Source: a virus | UHGV virus genome: UHGV-0195027 | Length of the DNA stretch: 17,600 nucleotides | Strand: one strand, 5' to 3' | Shown here: one piece after another, positions 16,176-17,600 of the stretch | Position numbering within the stretch: position 1 is the first letter of the stretch | How the letters are laid out: every line of letters begins with the position of its first letter | Made by a program: the position numbers and the translations under genes | The notes under the pieces: generated by a model | The model's database searches: none | What the model saw: only the letters and a program-made list of their open reading frames with translations | What the model was told of the DNA's origin: nothing

Positions 16176-16256
16176 ATCCTCAATTTGCCTGCTGCTTAAT
16201 GCATTGCAGATGATTTGCTTCCGTTATACTAGCGTCAGTTGATAGCGGGAGTATTT

Positions 16257-17159
16257 ATGAATCAATCTTATGGACGGCTGGTCAGTCGGGCGGCGATTGC
16301 TGCGACGGCGATGGCTTCGTTGCTATTGCTGATTAAAATTTTTGCATGGTGGTATACCGGGTCGGTGAGTATTCTCGCCGCGCTGGTGGATTCGCTGGTG
16401 GATATCGGCGCGTCGTTGACGAATTTACTGGTGGTGCGATATTCCCTGCAACCTGCCGACGATAATCACTCGTTTGGTCACGGTAAAGCAGAGTCCCTCG
16501 CGGCGCTGGCGCAAAGTATGTTTATCTCCGGTTCGGCACTATTCCTGTTTTTGACGGGTATTCAACATCTGATATCTCCAACACCGATGACAGATCCAGG
16601 CGTCGGGGTTATCGTGACAATTGTGGCGCTAATTTGTACGATTATCCTTGTCTCGTTTCAGCGTTGGGTGGTGCGCCGGACGCAAAGCCAGGCGGTGCGG
16701 GCTGATATGCTACATTACCAGTCTGATGTTATGATGAACGGCGCAATTCTGCTGGCGCTGGGGTTGTCCTGGTACGGCTGGCATCGCGCCGATGCTCTGT
16801 TTGCATTGGGAATCGGCATCTATATTTTATATAGCGCGTTACGCATGGGATATGAGGCGGTACAGTCATTACTGGATCGCGCATTGCCTGATGAGGAACG
16901 GCAAGAAATTATTGATATCGTGACTTCCTGGCCGGGTGTTAGCGGCGCTCACGATCTTCGCACGCGGCAGTCAGGGCCGACCCGCTTTATTCAGATTCAT
17001 TTGGAAATGGAAGACTCTCTGCCTTTGGTTCAGGCACATATGGTGGCGGATCAGGTAGAGCAGGCTATTTTACGGCGTTTTCCGGGATCGGATGTAATTA
17101 TCCATCAGGACCCCTGTTCCGTCGTACCCAGGGAGGGTAAACGGTCTATGCTTTCATAA
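16257..17159 (+). CDS. fieF: ferrous-iron/zinc efflux pump FieF (YiiP), cation diffusion facilitator family
   Basis: 300-aa product starting [38 protein letters not shown]..., recognised as E. coli FieF. The listed ORF start 16239 adds six residues and is rejected. Confidence 0.95.
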
Positions 17160-17339
17160 TCAGTATAAAAGAGAGCCAGACCCGCATTTTGTGTATAAAA
17201 TACCGCCATTTGGCCTGACCTGAATCAATTCAGCAGGAAGTGATTGTTATACTATTTGCACATTCGTTGGATCACTTCGATGTGCAAGAAGACTTCCGGC
17301 AACAGATTTTATTTTGCATTCCAAAGTTCAGAGGTAGTC

Positions 17340-17600
17340 ATGATTAAGAAAATCGGTGTGTTGACAAGCGGCGGTGATGCGCCAGGCATGAACGCCGCAA
17401 TTCGCGGGGTTGTTCGTTCTGCGCTGACAGAAGGTCTGGAAGTAATGGGCATTTATGACGGCTATCTGGGTCTGTATGAAGACCGTATGGTACAGCTAGA
17501 CCGTTACAGCGTTTCTGACATGATCAACCGTGGTGGTACGTTCCTCGGTTCTGCGCGTTTCCCGGAATTCCGCGACGAGAACATCCGCGCCGTGGCTATC
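17340..17600 (+). CDS. pfkA: 6-phosphofructokinase I, N-terminal 87 codons (3' end outside window)
   Basis: [87 protein letters not shown]...; GAGG ribosome-binding site; canonical fieF-pfkA order. Confidence 0.95.

Noticed and set aside
16022-16238. tRNA gene at the prophage right junction
   Set aside because: No T-loop/acceptor-stem-like motif found by eye; the structured element resembles a protein-gene 3' UTR terminator instead. Eyeballing cannot fully exclude a tRNA fragment.
16239-16256. Six-codon N-terminal extension of fieF (MIAGVF)
   Set aside because: The FieF sequence begins at MNQSYGRLV; the extension is an upstream in-frame Met.

Overview
Mosaic window from an Escherichia-type chromosome, with four parts. 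(1) 1-3958: an AT-rich, horizontally acquired segment with a partial upstream ORF, a lipoprotein gene, a divergent FkpA/Mip-like gene with in-frame coiled-coil repeats, IS fragments and an AraC-family regulator fragment. (2) 3959-6516: a complete IS21-family insertion sequence (istA-istB) with imperfect terminal inverted repeats and no target-site duplication. (3) 6517-~16060: the right arm of a P2-like prophage: tail-fibre C-terminal remnant, tail-fibre assembly gene, an AT-rich cargo locus, then FI sheath, FII tube, E/E' with a -1 frameshift site, T tape measure, U, D and ogr. (4) ~16060-17600: chromosomal DNA with a cpxP-3'UTR-like terminator, fieF and the 5' part of pfkA. The best candidate for an undescribed system is the AT-rich cargo between the tail-fibre assembly gene and the sheath gene (7245-9330), the position of the Z/fun lysogenic-conversion locus in P2. 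It holds a 92-aa protein with a Cas2/VapD-like N-terminal motif, a DUF3606-like small protein and a divergently transcribed 230-aa membrane-anchored protein, none of which I can assign a function. All calls rest on reading the sequence and recalled protein families; no searches were run.
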